Positions 38,640 through 52,250 of a stretch of DNA of 64,000 nucleotides are shown here, piece after piece. The position numbers were made by a program, and so were the translations under genes. Location: positions 1,798,001-1,862,000 of the forward strand of contig JAYWIR010000020.1 in the NCBI GenBank assembly GCA_036172245.1, read 5' to 3'. Source of the stretch: Raillietiella orientalis (Eukaryota). Each line of letters begins with the position of its first letter. Within the stretch, counting starts at the first letter, position 1. Below the pieces are notes generated by a model that was given only the letters and a program-made list of their open reading frames with translations, was not told where the DNA came from and did not search any database.

Positions 38640-41600
38640 CAAGTTTGAAGGGAAGGATCACCGACATGCAGGTCGGTCGCAAAAAAAAAGTCCGGAGAAG
38701 GGGGAAAGAGTACGATAAATAAATAAATGAGAGGGAAAGGAAAAAGACCTTTGGTTGACGGCGCTCCTTTCATCGTACAGCCTTCTCAAGATGCAGATGA
38801 GCTCCGAGACGACTTCTTCTCTCAGATGAGGTCATCTCGTTGCAGTTCCCGTGCTAAGGGTGACTTCCCGTCATTGCGGGCGAAGCACCATAGCAAAGTG
38901 AGCCATGACGATGGCACGAATGAGAATGGAATCCCCTAGTTCAGAAAGAGCATAGCTCCGGGCTTCCCCTCAAGGAGAGCACCGGAAAGTCCAGGGACAG
39001 GGAAGGGGACACGAGTTCTTCGGAGGGCAAACTTGATACTTCTCTCCACCTAAGCAGTCCTTTGTCTCGAGGAAGGGTAGTGGAGGCAGCCACCAGCTCT
39101 CTCCTTTCAGACGTCATGTAGTTTTCTGATTCCTGCTTCGACAGCGTTGCGTCAAGAGGCGTGACGAAACCACTCCTTCCAGCCTTACGAGAAACATCTC
39201 CCAGGGGGAATGTTCATGAAAGATCGCAGAGGGCACAGCTCCTCCAGGAGCACCTCCAAAGTGGGCACCCAGGTGTCCATCCACTCCTCCTGCCACCACG
39301 CATTCCAGTTCTTTGGACGGCATGAGATTCAGACGTGTGAAGCCCTTTGCCTCATAAGGAAGTCGAATCCCCACATCCTGTATCGGTTGCTCGGCAACAA
39401 TAATCCTTGCCGGTGCAAGGATGGGGCATGGAGGTGCCCACACCAGGGTGACGCCCACGATCGGACACTTAGTGCCAGTGGTGTAGGAACTGCACTGAAG
39501 CTTGATCTTCAGGATGCTCAGACTAACATCCTGACGCTCGCAGCGTGGGGAGACGGAGAGGGGCGGAACTTTTATGAAGCGGAACTTTTGCTGCTTTCCT
39601 TACTTTCCCTTCCCCTCTCCTCGTCCCCTGCAGAGGACAGGTGGCACTAGATGGTGCGATAGTAAGCCCGGCTCTTTCCCGAACTCTTCGAGGAGAGAAG
39701 CAGAGTGCATCTCAGTCTGGACCCTCGAGGCTCCGAGGACTCCCGCGCCCCCCATCCGTTGCTCCCGGCTTTTCGTCCCCTCGCGACGATGCGGGGAGGA
39801 GTGCCGTGGCCGTTCTGCCAGACTCGGACCTCATCCCGCCCCGCCCTCGTGAAGGGAGAGGGGAAGGATGCCCACCCTTTTCCTAATGGAGGCTCAAGGA
39901 GGGAAGGGGGAGGAGCTTGTCCGGTTTCCAGGGTAGAAGGGAGCACGAAAGCCGCTCGGCGGCCTTCCTTGGAAATCCGGCCCGTTCGCCCTCTATGCTC
40001 CCCTCTGGGGTCCATGAACGCTCCAGGCCCGGATCGTCTCAGCCTGAAGCGCTTGCAACGCAGGGTCAACTGGAAAGGATTCAGAAGGGTGGAAGGGGGG
40101 GGGGGAGAGGCGATGCTCTGAACTCAGGGAATGCCGTCGCCGCCTGTCCACGCGTGGGAGGGGGAAACGCACGCGGAGGCAACACAAACGGGCTGTCCAT
40201 TCCCCGCCGTGACTCCGCGCGCTGTACAATCCGGGACGCCCCTTCCCCTCCCCCGCGCCGGGACAAAACGCGGTCGCCTGTGGTAACCGGAGCGGGATCT
40301 CGCCCCATTCTAAGGAGTCTCCGGAGGACGGCACCCAGACCTGGAATATGGAAGGCACGAGGGAGGGAGGAAAGCGATGCAGGCTCCCTATTGTTCTCTG
40401 ATCCAGGGTTCTCCCATGGGGATTTGCACCGACAGAAAGGAGCGATGGAATCCTCAGAAATCCGCCGATGGGAGAGGCGAAGGGAAAAGTTCTGAGAGGG
40501 AAAGGGACCCCCGGGAAAAAAATGCTATTTTTCCCACTGCGAGGAGCCGGTGCTTTGAGTAGGCGAAGAAGGCGGCAGCAGCACCGCTTCTCCCCCCCCC
40601 CCCCACCTCTCCTTCCGCGGTGCAGTCGCGACGGGCTCTGCCACCGCCGCAGTTTCCGTAGTGCGCGCAAGCGCACTCCCCTCTACTCGCGAGCGAGCCA
40701 CCCGCTCGTCTTCTCGGAATGGGTGGCGAGTATCCTCTCCGCCCTCCCCCGAGCGCGTGCTCCTCGGGAGACGCGGCGAGGAGCACCCTGCGCTTCCCTC
40801 CCACCGCCTGCCTGCCAGAGCTCTACCCTCCGGGCTTGCACGGACGAGACGGGCGGGCCATTGACGCTTCCGGCGGCGCGCGTCCGGGATGGCTACTGGG
40901 CCGCCGACCCGCCGGCATCGTTTCCTCCTCCCTCCCCTCCTTCCTTCCTCCCTCTCTTTCTCCTTCCTTCCTTCTGATCGAGACTTCCGGGAAAAGGGGG
41001 AGGAGGTGGCGGCCGAGAAACGGAAAAGTTCTCTCGGCCAGCCGGCGCCACCTGCGCCAACTCACGCACGGATCCATCGGGAAGAGAGGTTTCCTCTCGT
41101 GCGCCCCTTCCCGTTATGGAACAGTTGCAGCTCCCGATAGTTCCTTTGGGACGAAGCCGCCTCCTCGGGCAGAGAGTTCCGGAGGGGGTCCGAGCGACGG
41201 GCACTCCGGGGCCAAGAGTCCCTCGCCTTGGGCGCAGCGTCCCTCCCGCGCCTTGCTCCCAGCATCTGCGCGCGCCCTTGAAGCAGGCCGCACGGCCAAT
41301 GCTGCCTACCGGGGGCACGCCTCCCCTCCTCGACCACTCCGCCTCGGAGAGCGGTTGCCTCAGCCACCGCGTGCGTGCGGGCGCGCGGAACGGAGGACGC
41401 GTGCGTCGATGGGAACCGTCGCCTCTGCTCCGGTCCTCGCGGACGACCTCGAAAGGAACCGCTCCCGCGAATCTCCTGGATAGACGATGGTGCCGCCTAG
41501 CGTATTCCAGGGAGAGGACGCCCACCTCCACCGGGGTCGCCAAACGGAGGGTCCTTGCTTACCAGGGGTGTCTGCGGAAGCGGCAATTGCTGCGTGTTGG

Positions 41601-43450
41601 GGACGTGTAGCTCTCTCCCTCTTTCCTTCGGCGACCACTTTGTCTGCAGACCTTCCGAAAGCTGTACCAACCTTCCGCTCCTCTTCTTCAGGTGCTCCTG
41701 CGGGAGGTCTTAGCCCCGGGAGACACACTTCACGACCGCGAGGCTTCGGCCGACTCAAGGAGGCGTTTTCCATGGTGCAACGGGGAAGGGGAGGCGAAAG
41801 TCTCCTGGAGGCTCTTCAATGGCTGTGGACAGCCACTCCCAGACCCTTGACTTCACATGCAGAGACGCCAGGGCTCGAAAAGCCGCTTCCCGAATGGCAG
41901 GATCCACATCCGTGGTCAGGCCCTGCTGCCACCAACAGAACAGTCCTCTTTCGCACCCCGAGCGCGAACGTGCGCTCTCACGATGCTCTGCAGATTCACC
42001 GGAACGGAAAGAAAAGAAGAGCTTCGTCTTCTGGCATGTCTCTCGAAGAAGGCCACCAATCCACTCTCGGAAGGTGGAGTTTCTGAGGAGATGAGTGGAG
42101 CCATGGTCCCACGCGACCTAGAGCAACCCTTCAGGGGTTCCTTCATGTTGGGTGGGTTCTCCTTTACCGCTTGGTACAGCTTCCTCAAGAGTCCATTCCG
42201 TTTCCTCGTCCCTTTTGCAGTCACGGCCCTTCCACGGTCGTGATCGTAAGGCATTTTTCCTGTAACCAAAAGCAGAGGGACGGACCTACAATCTCAAGAG
42301 ATTCTTAGTCTATCCAAGGATATTCCGTCAGCTGTTACCACGTTCTTCAGTAGGCGGGAATGTAGTGAGTCCCTGTTTGCCTCTGGCTTGTTCTGCCTCG
42401 CTCTCCTTACTGGTGTGTCCTAGGTTACGGAGCTCGAGGACCTTGGCGAGCTCTGCCTCGAACTTCGGCTGCTGGGACCTGTCTCCACAACCAGGGAACC
42501 GATAGGGCTGTGGTCTAGCTTGGAGTCACCATCCCCAGGTGGCAGAGGACCACAGCACCCTGGGATTCTTCTCTTCTTGTCAGATAAAGAGAACAGCGTA
42601 CTCTTGCAGGATCCTGAGGGGGGCCGAATGATCCAGGAAATGAGGCCGTTGAGTACGTGGTAAATGAGGAGAGCTTCATTTGTGCAGGGAAAATAAGGTT
42701 CCCTTCTCGGGGAACTTCCTCTGGAGCGGGGGTCCCCCGGCAGGTTGGTGCAATCCCTCGGTTCCCTGAAGGATCGCGGAGGCGAGCATCGCAACCAGAG
42801 AGCCTTCTAGTGCTTCAGAGTTATCCCTACTTGTTATCGTGGCTCCCCCGTCACCTGTGTCGCCTTTTGCACATTGTGCTCTTTTGGAAACATCCGAACT
42901 GAGAAAGGCTTTTTTTTTTTTTTCCGTTCCGTTTTTTCCAGAATAGTTTTCTTCTTTTGAGGCAGTGACTCATTTTTTCTCGGCTTCCCTCCTCTCCCCC
43001 CCTCTTTCTACTTGAGTGCCGGTGACGCTCAAGTAGGGGGTTCAAATAGGTTTCCTGATGTGATTATCCCAATCTATTTAATGGATTGTATGGGTATGTG
43101 CAACTACGCGCCGTGTTGCACCTTGAGGAAGATGCAATTCCGGATGTCCTCATTTCCTCCCCTTCTCCCGAAGGGATGCAACGCATACACCCACTGGGCC
43201 TTTCCGAATCCTCATTTTCCCCTGTGATGCTGTAAGCCTGCAGGGCTCCTTCACTGAAGTATGACCACGGGAGAGGTTGACTGGCCAAAGTCGCGCTCTG
43301 GAGACAGCCACTTTCGAAGGTTCAAAGATCAGCTGACCAGGTAAACAACGAAAGAAAAATTCCGTCCTTCCATCGCATGCTTCGTCCTGCACGGCATCGG
43401 AAATAGAGTGAATTTACGCCAGGACGTTTTCCTACTGGAAGGCCGTCGTC
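38640..43450 (-). mobile_element. Long decayed L1/Tx1-like LINE ORF2, interrupted at ~39.6-41.5 kb by GC-rich sequence
   Basis: Collinear remnants: SKRAQCAKGDT (42.87 kb), LPPGDG (42.53 kb), GSGSGCPQP (41.83 kb), LLLP...WGFDFLMRQRA (39.37 kb). Family-like 3' UTR at 38.65-38.8 kb. Confidence 0.5.
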
Positions 43451-43509
43451 TGCAACCTAAATATTCCTCCAGTCCGATCCCTGAGGTCCTCAGCTGGTTG
43501 CCATAATTC

Positions 43510-44407
43510 ATTTACAAAAACTGTTTGTTTATCAGAAGGTTCCTATCGAACTTGCCCACATATCGAGCAGTCGATCTGATATTTCGTTCGCCTAATCTCA
43601 GGAACAAACATTTCCTGTGACCAAACAGTTAAAAATCTAACGATATCCCATCAACCATTATAATAAGGCTGACCGCAACTGGCGCTCACAAAAATAATTA
43701 ATCCAGCTAACATGCAAGGCCCATTCTAATAAAGAGCAACAACCTTTGGTCAACGCAAGGTTCGGTTTTGTTCAAAACGGAGGAAACTCGTGGTGTTGTT
43801 TGTGTTCCTTCGTTTGTTATGTAATGAAAGATCGATAAAATGCCGTGGATGGATGGAGCGTTTTAAAAATCATTACGAGAGCCGCAGCAGCAGCAGCATT
43901 TTTCTGCAAAGGCCGCAATGGCAGCGAATGCGTGTTGTACGATTCATTGTAAGTAAGCAAACAGGCTCGATATCGTAAATTTGCATATGTAATGTCTTAA
44001 TACATTTCCCGCCATTAGATATGAAAGCGAACGAGACAACCTTGAGAAAGTGGATCACGTGTCAACCGAGGCGTCTAAGAGCGACTGTCTGACGAGAGAG
44101 ATCATGATATTGCTATATTTGTCGCATGATAAATAAAATTTCCTTACGAATCGTCATTCCTCACGCAGATTTTTCCAGTGTCCTCGGTCTGAGATTCCGG
44201 CTGGTAGCGGCAGAAGCAGGAGGGATCGGTGGCGTCACGGGAACGGTTGCAGGGCGCCGGGGATCGCGAGGGCGACCCCCGGAGCAGCTGGAACCCCCGC
44301 CGTGTGCTGCCCGTTGTGGTCAACGGGCGAGATCGGATCCGGCGGGCCAGAATGACCGGCGGAAGTCGCACACGCACGCGAAGCACATGGACGCGGAATG
44401 GAAACAC
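43510..44407 (-). CDS. Candidate spliced gene D (5' exons), unknown product
   Basis: Open frame 44407-44148 ends at a GTAAG donor. A 63-nt intron leads in phase into RS[TAG]TPRLTRDPLSQGCLVRFHI[TAA]WREMY[TAA]DITYANLRYRACLL. A competing plus-strand model (GTAAGT at 43949) exists. Confidence 0.35.
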
Positions 44408-44554
44408 GTTTCGTGTTTACGCGCGCACGTGCGAACACACGCGAAGCACGCCACATGTGCGTCACGCGGACATCCGTACCGCACGCTCGCGCGATCATCG
44501 GAAGAAATTCGTGGGTCCGCGATTATTGATGGGTTAATAACAAATTAGTCCCTT

Positions 44555-44860
44555 TCTTCTTCTTCTTCTTCTTGTTCCCCGGGACGGAGGACGAGACGCG
44601 CATGTTCCGCCGCTGATGCTCGGCCGGATGAAGAAGCCAGCCAGCTCGCGCTTTACATTGAGTCGATTTTTGAGCCTACACCAGGGATTTATCTTGCTTT
44701 GGTATGAGTCAGTTTCATTTCACATTGCAAACTCAGCAGCAGTCCGTTGACTTTCCGTTTTCTCTCTCTCTCTCTCTCCCTCCCTCTCTTCTTTTCTTCT
44801 TCTTCTTCTTCTTCTTCAAATTAAATTTTTCTTATCTCGCCGTTTTTTTGATTTTTTTTT
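44555..44860. repeat. (CTT)n, (CT)n and poly-T simple repeats
   Basis: Visible at 44555-44572, 44761-44778, 44795-44817 and 44852-44867. Confidence 0.85.
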
Positions 44861-47800
44861 TTTTTTTCACTATCCCTTTTTTGTTCACACGCCGATGCTG
44901 CTGCTGCGCGCTCTCGCCGAAGCTTCCCGTCCGCTTGCGCGTGTTCGGATGCGGGAAATCCGTGTTTTCGATTGCTGCTTGCTGGAGGGCGGCGGCTGCT
45001 GCCCCTCCACGGATCACACGCGAACGGCTGCCTCTTTCCATACCCGGCGACGTTTTTGTGCCCATCTCCTCCATTCATCCGCCTCGTCTTCGCGTCGGGG
45101 AAGAGGCTGCGCGCGGAGCTCCTCCATCGATCCGCAGCGCGTAAACCGGTTGTGGCGTTATCAACACGTCAGCAGCTGGAACGAGACAATCGCTGCTGGC
45201 AGAGTCTCACGTTGCAGTCCGAGTCGCGTATGGTGCCGACCTCGGAAACGCGCGCGCGCTTGGCAGGCAGAGATGAGTTCCCAGCTTCTTTCACTTTTGC
45301 TGGTCGCAGGGCGTCCTTCCAGGCTACGGGAAGGAGGGAGAGGAGGACGGAAGAGACCGCGAGAAACAGAAGGCACGATGGGTGTCTCCAGAGGGAGAGA
45401 GCGAAGGGCAGGGGAGGGTCGTGTTTTCCCCCAACAGCCAAAGCATACCCATCGGTATCTGCCCAAGCGCTGCGCCCTCTCTGCTGCTGCTGCTGCTGCT
45501 GCCTTCGTGCGGCGGAAATCGGCCGCACCAGTGCCGAGGCGCAAAGGGGAGAAGGTGAGAACGTCAGAAGCGGAATCTTTCGCTCGGTGCGGGGAGAAAC
45601 TGCAGCTCGTAAACCTGTTCCCGAGTCACCTGCCTACCCCTCCCCAAAGAGGGTGTTGACGTCCTTCCGGTTGTCGGCGTGGTTTCCAGGCTCGCTGCAA
45701 TTCAATCCTCAGAGGGGCGTCGCTCGCACCTCGTCTGCTTGCTCTCCCGACGCGGACTCGATCCTCGGCAGCACTTCCCTTGATGGAAGAGGGGGGGGGG
45801 TGTTGTAACAGACTCGCTCGCCATGAAGGTGGGGCGGACGAGGGCTATGTCTTCGGTGAGCACGGAGAAGCGTTGGGAAGCACCATCGCTCGTCAGAACC
45901 GCCGCTCCTTTCCCTTCTCCTCCACCTCATGAAGGCGACCTCAGCGTCCGAAGAGCTAAACATCAACTGCCCTGGGGCCAGCGAGCGTGGCTGCGGTGAA
46001 GGGCACCCGACAGCACAGGGCGGCAGCGTGCCACCCTGTGTTCCGTTTGTTTGTTTTTTTTCGACACCGTTTCGGCGGGTTTCCCCTCCCCCACCCCATT
46101 CGAGGGTGCCGCTTGGGGGGAGAGAGATGTGAGTGGCGTGAGTGTGAGTGTGGAAGGAAGGCTGGAAGGTGGGGGTGGCGGCATGGCCGGCTTGGGCGCC
46201 GTCCGGCGGCACCTGACGACGTTCTGCCTCTCCGGACACGGCGTGGATACGGCGGAGTAGCTGCCGCGGACCGACCCGAGACGCTCCTCCCACTTCCAGG
46301 AAGGAAGCAGCGCCACCGGAGGCTGGCGGCGCGCGTCGGCCAAGGATGCGTGAGACGCGCGATTTCCTCCTGCCCCTCCTCCGCGCGCACGCGCGCCTGC
46401 TTCCGCGTCGAGTCTGACAGTTTTATTTACGACGATCTCGTTACGCCGGGCTGATTGATTCGGTCGGGCGCCGCTGGCGTGTTCCGGCGCATCGCGCGCG
46501 CGCGCGAACCCGTGTTCCTCCTCCAGCCGCCGCACCCGTGCCACCCCGCGACTCACCGGCGGCGGCAGCCCCCGATGGAACGGCGTTGCCGTGCCGTCGC
46601 TTCGCCGCCGAGCGAGCGAGCAGAACGCGCTCTGCGGCCGCTGCCGGACGGAATCGCCGCCGCCGCCGTCGCAGCCGCGGAGACGGACGCTCCCACCAAG
46701 CGCTCCGAGGAAGAAGCAGAGGGGAGGCTTCCTCTCGGCGACAGCGTTGCGGAATCCACACGGACGCGAAAGCCCGTAACCAGTAGCAACGGACCGATGA
46801 ACCGTGAAGCGCTTTTCCTCTCGCGGGATGCAGGCTCTCTCCTCCCCCTCCCTCCCGATCGTCGACGCGGGGGGCGGGGGAGCCTTCCTGGCTCCCGCTC
46901 CGGGGGTCGCATCCATCCGTCCCCTCCGCACGCCTCTGGAAGCGTAAGTCCCCGTCCTCTCCCCGCGCGCGCGCGGCGGGGAAGCGGTCGGCATCTCCGC
47001 ATCCCCCCCCCCTTCAGCACCGGCCGGCCGGCTCTGCTAGGGCACACGCGCATGCCGCCAGCCCGGAAGAGGGGAGACGAGCTCGGACTACCCTTCGCGA
47101 GGGAACGAGGAGAACTCTGCCGTCTGGAGGAGGAGGAGGAAAAGCTCCTGGAGTGGCTCCGGCGCCGCCCCCGAGGTCGCCCCCTAGGGGAGAAGGGCCT
47201 CGAACCCGGAGCTTCCCGAGCGGAGCCGTCGACGAGACGCGTCGCTCCCTGGATCAGGCGGGAGCGTCTGCCCTCCTTCCCCCTTCGTTTTGTTTTCCTT
47301 TCTCGACGCGGCGCGCGCCCTGGAAGCGCGCCGAATCCCCCCGCGCCTCTTCTCCAGAGGCGGGGCGCGCTCGCGTCCGTCCGAGACTCTGGATCTGCTT
47401 GCCCGTCGCCTCCTTTCCCGCTCCCCCCGGGAGGGACGGGAAGCGGAGAGGAAGACGCCTTCCGGCTCTCCGAGCGCGGCTGGAACGGGCGATGGAGCCG
47501 GGCGCGCGGCGGAGGGGCAAACCGGCGGGAGGAGAGGGCGTGCCCCCCCACGCGCGGGACCTCCAGGGTAGGCGACGACGACGCGCCTCCCTGGAGGCAA
47601 CTCCGACGTGGCGACAACAGGCTGCCACGGAACTCCCTCCCGAAGGCGCTCGCTGGGCATCAGGGGGACTCCCTGGCGAGGCCGGGGAAGAGGAAGGAGG
47701 GGGTGCCGGGCTGCTAAGGCTCGCGCGCGCTCTACCCTCTCGGGTGCATTCCCGGGCCGCGTCTCGGGCGAAACGGGGACCAGAGGGAGCCACCCGGGGG

Positions 47801-50299
47801 ACGAGGTGATTGACTGACCTGAAGCCAGTCCTGGGGGGAGGGGGCTGAGAGCCGCTGGCTTGACGAGGACGAGCGGCACCGACCCTGAGGTCCGAGAGCC
47901 GGCCCCAGCGGACGGACAGGGGAGAACTGCCTGCCGTCTTCCCCACCCGGAGCGCCCTCCCGGCTTGCCCGCGCGCGCAGCCGAGCTGGGTCAGGGAGAG
48001 CGGCGCCTGGGTCGCGAGGCCAAGGGGCAACCCGGAGGGCATCTGCGCGCGGGGAGCCCTGGCGACGACGAGGTCGCCGCAGCCCGGTGCTGCTGGGGGT
48101 TGGGGCGGCTTCCCCGGGAGAGCCATCCCAACTCCCAGCAGCACCTTCCCTCCCTTCCTGCCGAGAAGCATCCCTTTCCCCTGCCCGCTGCCGGTTCTCC
48201 CCTGCCCCCCGTTCCCTTCCTGGAGGGAAGCTCTTTCCTTTCGCCCCGCGGAGACCACTCTTTCCCGTCTGGAAGAGAGGAGGCCCCTGCCCTCGACCTG
48301 AGGGAAGGGCGTCTCCTGTGCCCGTACCGAGGAAAAAAACGCATGGTCGAGAGCCCCACACCCGTCTCCCTTCCGGTAAGCATCCCATCGGGTGGTCAGA
48401 ACTCGCGCCTCACCCTCCCTTCCTCCTCCTGGGGATCCCACTGGGAAGGGACCGCTGTCCCGACGGCGCGCGACACCCAGACCGGGACATCCTCTTCTCC
48501 TTCCCTCTCCCTCCCCGGGCAGTGGTCGACGGGATCGCAGGGATGCCCCCAGCCCTGCTGCGCCCCCGCGAAGCAGGACCGGGAATTCCCCCCTTCCCAC
48601 GCCGAGAGCTGGACTTCCCTTGCCTCCCGGGAGAATCGGAGAATTCATCTCAGCTCCTTTCCGGGTACCCAGGGAGAAGAGGGGCTCTCGTGTCGCGGCC
48701 CTTCCTTCCCAGAGGGCTTCCTATCTTACGAGCGACCCCGGTCCGGCCCTCCCTTCTCCCTCGTTCCGCCATCTTGGGCGACTCCGGGAACGACCAGGAC
48801 CTTCCCTTCTCTCTCCCCGGTGCGCTCCTTCCCGGTGGGGAGACCTTCAGTCGAGAAAGGGCAGCGGCGGAAGGTCGACTCTCCTCGTCCACGCGGGCAG
48901 GGGGGGGCATCCGGAATGCCGGCATCCCTCCTCCCGGAGATAGCCAATGAGCAGCGGACCCAGTCGAGGAGAAGCGGAAAGTCGGCAACCCTGAGGGACC
49001 GTCGTTGGTCCGGAAAAAGGGGAGCCGCCATCTTTTTCTTTCCCCTCCACGGGTGAAAAAGGAGCATCCCGTTTTGGCAGGAAAACGCGGGTCTTCCCGC
49101 GCCAAGCCGCCCCCACGGGAGGGTTTGACGAAAGGAGGGGTTCGCGACGTCAGGGTCAATAGGAATGAAGGGGACACCGGCGGGGAGAAGAGGGAGGGAG
49201 GAAACCCCTCTTCCCTCTCCCAGGACCGTGGACCCGGAGTGCCCCGGGGCGGCCAGGGAAGTTTAGGAAGCAAAAAAAAACCATACACACGCATCCGAGA
49301 ATTTTCCGCAAGGAGAGGGAGGAGTGGGACCCTGCGTCGGAAAGCCTTCCAGAGCGTTATCCCTTGTCTCCTCCCTGTCTCTCCAGCCGCCCTCCCTCCC
49401 TTCCTTCACTCACTCCCTTCCTGATGGCCCCATCCCGTGTCTCTGCGGTGCGCCGCACGTCGGTCATCCCGACGCGATGGAGGAACGGGTGGGAGGTCGT
49501 GCGAAGCGAATCATTCTGCGACCCATCTGCACATGTCTCAAGAGCTCCAAGGTCGCCCAGAGCCCCGAAAGCTCGGATGAGCCAGACCATCCGAGTAGGA
49601 GCAGCGCTGCCGAACGTTTCGCCCGAGACTGACGGACTCCCCTCCCGTGCGCCCTCGAGGGAGAGCAGAGGCGCAGTCCACGAGAGTGCTGGCTCGCATG
49701 AACCTCTGGGAGGAGCAAAAGAGGATGCTGGCACGTTGTTCCTGGTGGATGCATCGCAGAGCGGCAGCAGAGCGGCTGGGAACCGCAGGAACCACCCCGT
49801 CTTCAACAACAAAGCAAAACAAAACAGGCAAGTGGAGGTCAATGCCTCGGAGTAAGTTGAGTCGGGGTGGTTAGAAGCCACTTCAATCGGGAGGCGAATG
49901 TGCAGGAACCAGCCAGGCTTGGCCAAGGAGTGTCTCCGGATGGATAACAGGGGAATCGCCGCAGGTGAGCAGGCGATATCGGGGCAAAAAGAACGGCAGA
50001 CGATCCAGGTGGAAAGAGCGGGGAGGAAGAGTCGGATGGTAGCAGTCCTGCATCGCCCGGAACGGTGGTGACCTCTGAATGTCGAGAGGCAAACCTGCCC
50101 TCTCGCCCCCGCTTCGGTAAGCAGATTTCGTCCCCAAGATGCGATGCTCTGGTGTGTGAGGGTGGGGAGGGTGGGGAGGAGGGGGGCGTGCTCGGGACAG
50201 CCGCCGCACAGGGAGGGACGCATCGAGGGTCAAAAGTCTAAGCATCTTTTCTCGCTCGTCCGCCCACTCCGTCCTTACCGGTCGTCTTGCCGGTACCGT

Positions 50300-50950
50300 G
50301 CCAAGTGGCCTCCAGGCCCTAACAAACAGGCAGATTGCGCTTGCCTGAAGAAACTCCCCGGGCCGGAATCCTGTCTCTCGTTGGCTTCCCAGGGAGAGAG
50401 AGAGAGAGAGGAGTCTTCCTTGGACTTATCGCTATCGAGATGGACGTCTTTACCAGCCAGGGAATCGATTTTTCTTCCTCACTTCGCGTGCTGCCGCTGT
50501 TACATGTCCGCTTGCCTGAAATCGGAGTGAAGAGGGAGGATGGGGGGGGGGGGAGACGAAATAGATAAACTTGGGAGGGTGAGAGAAGGGATCGCGTCCT
50601 GCTGAGAGCGGTCCTCTGTATCCTTTCGAGGATGGCTGGAAGCTCCTGAGGCATGCTGTTCTTCAGATGGGGCCATCATGAAGCAGACTCTTCGGAGAGA
50701 AACAAGGATGCGGCGAGGATGAGGGTCGGATGCAGAAGAGCTGTCGGAACCAAGCCACGTGCCCCATACACCATGGTCGCGTCTGAAGTCTATCCCTTCC
50801 ACCCCTAGAGCCCGGCAAAAAAAAATGGATTTTCCAGGTCGGATGCCCGTCAATCCGTCATCATGCATCCGCAGGTGAGTGGAGCGCCCCGCTGCTTCAG
50901 AGTTGGTGAGGTTCCAATCGGTGTAAAGTAACAGATCTCAAGAATTCGAT
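50300..50950 (-). mobile_element. LINE RT remnant
   Basis: GLTGIRPGKSIF resembles the L1-group 'QtGF.pGRsi' motif. Confidence 0.35.
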
Positions 50951-51869
50951 GGTCCATCAAAAGCCGCTCATCCCTCTCGCCCTAATGCACCAGTTTCCTC
51001 AGGTTCTGAGGTATTCTGTTCTCTCCTTGACAACGGAGGAACAAAACAAAAACAAGGAAAACGGAGAGGCGGTGTGCTAAAGCTGCAGATGTAGACCTTC
51101 GCCTCCTGAGTGGGAAGCCAGTGGTCTTTGAAGCAACTCCACAGACATTACGGTGAAAGGCGCGATTCTTGGCGTTCGTCCGAGCAGGTCCAGTTGGCTT
51201 CTCGTTCGATGTATCACTTCTCAAAGAGCTCCAGAGACAAGAGTCAGTCGCCCATTCCCGCTGATTGCAGTGAGCTCTCCTCCTTGCAGCATCCCTTTGC
51301 AGGGTCCCAAAGCTGATGCTTCATAGAGTCAGCTGCTGTGCTCTTCAAACTTGTTCCCGCGGACAAATCCGAAAATTGTTGTTTTCTAATCTGTGGCGCT
51401 CGGATCCCGGATGTGACCACGAGAACGAGTTCCTTCTTCGCTGGAAACATCCCGTGGACGAGCGAAAGGCGAAATGCCTACCAAGAAACGGCGTTGTCCT
51501 CGTATCCCTCTTTCCGCACTCAGAATTGCTGCTGCACCCGGCAGCGACTCCCAACCGTCATACTTGACGGCGATAGCAGGGGCAGCAGCAAAAAACTGTT
51601 TTGGCAGCAAGAAGACAAGTCGCAGTCAACAGAGAGCTCTTGCTCCCCCTCCTCCCCTCCCTGCATTTTCGTACATAACGGCGTCAGCCAACATGGACCA
51701 ATCAACTTGATCTGTGCACATTTTGCGCCAGCATGGAAAAAAAAAAAAAAAAAAAAAAGGAGAAAACTTTCGCGATGGATTGAGTGCTGTATTTTCCGCC
51801 CTTAAAATAACCGGTTGCTCTCACAGCAACCGGTTCCCATTCATTCGATTGTTGAGCTTCCGAAAAAAA

Positions 51870-52250
51870 CGTTTCCAGGCACAAGTGATGAAAGCGTTCA
51901 AGATGTGCAAGGAATTAGAAGTTCCTGCATCCCTTGAAATTCAACCATTGTACTTTTACATGAGATTTGCTTTTCAAATGCGCCCAGAAGAATGGGAAAT
52001 ATTGTCAAGAATGTTTTCATGGCTCGATACGTTTTGATGTCTCAGAATGTAAAGCGTTCTGATGCTGTTGGAGGAATCTTCTTGTATGCTGAATTCACTA
52101 TAGCATCAAATGATGCGGTCCCGATTGCATATCCCCCACATAAACGTGTGCAGAAATCTGCAAAGATGCATAATGAGAATTCCAAACGCGCAGAGCTTTT
52201 TTGGTATGGTAAACTCGAGCTTTATTTTGCTGAACACCACTGAAAAGCAA
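51870..52250 (+). mobile_element. Possible hAT transposase remnant
   Basis: RPEEWEILSRMFSWLDTF resembles hAT 'eeW..l..l...L.pF'. Confidence 0.3.
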
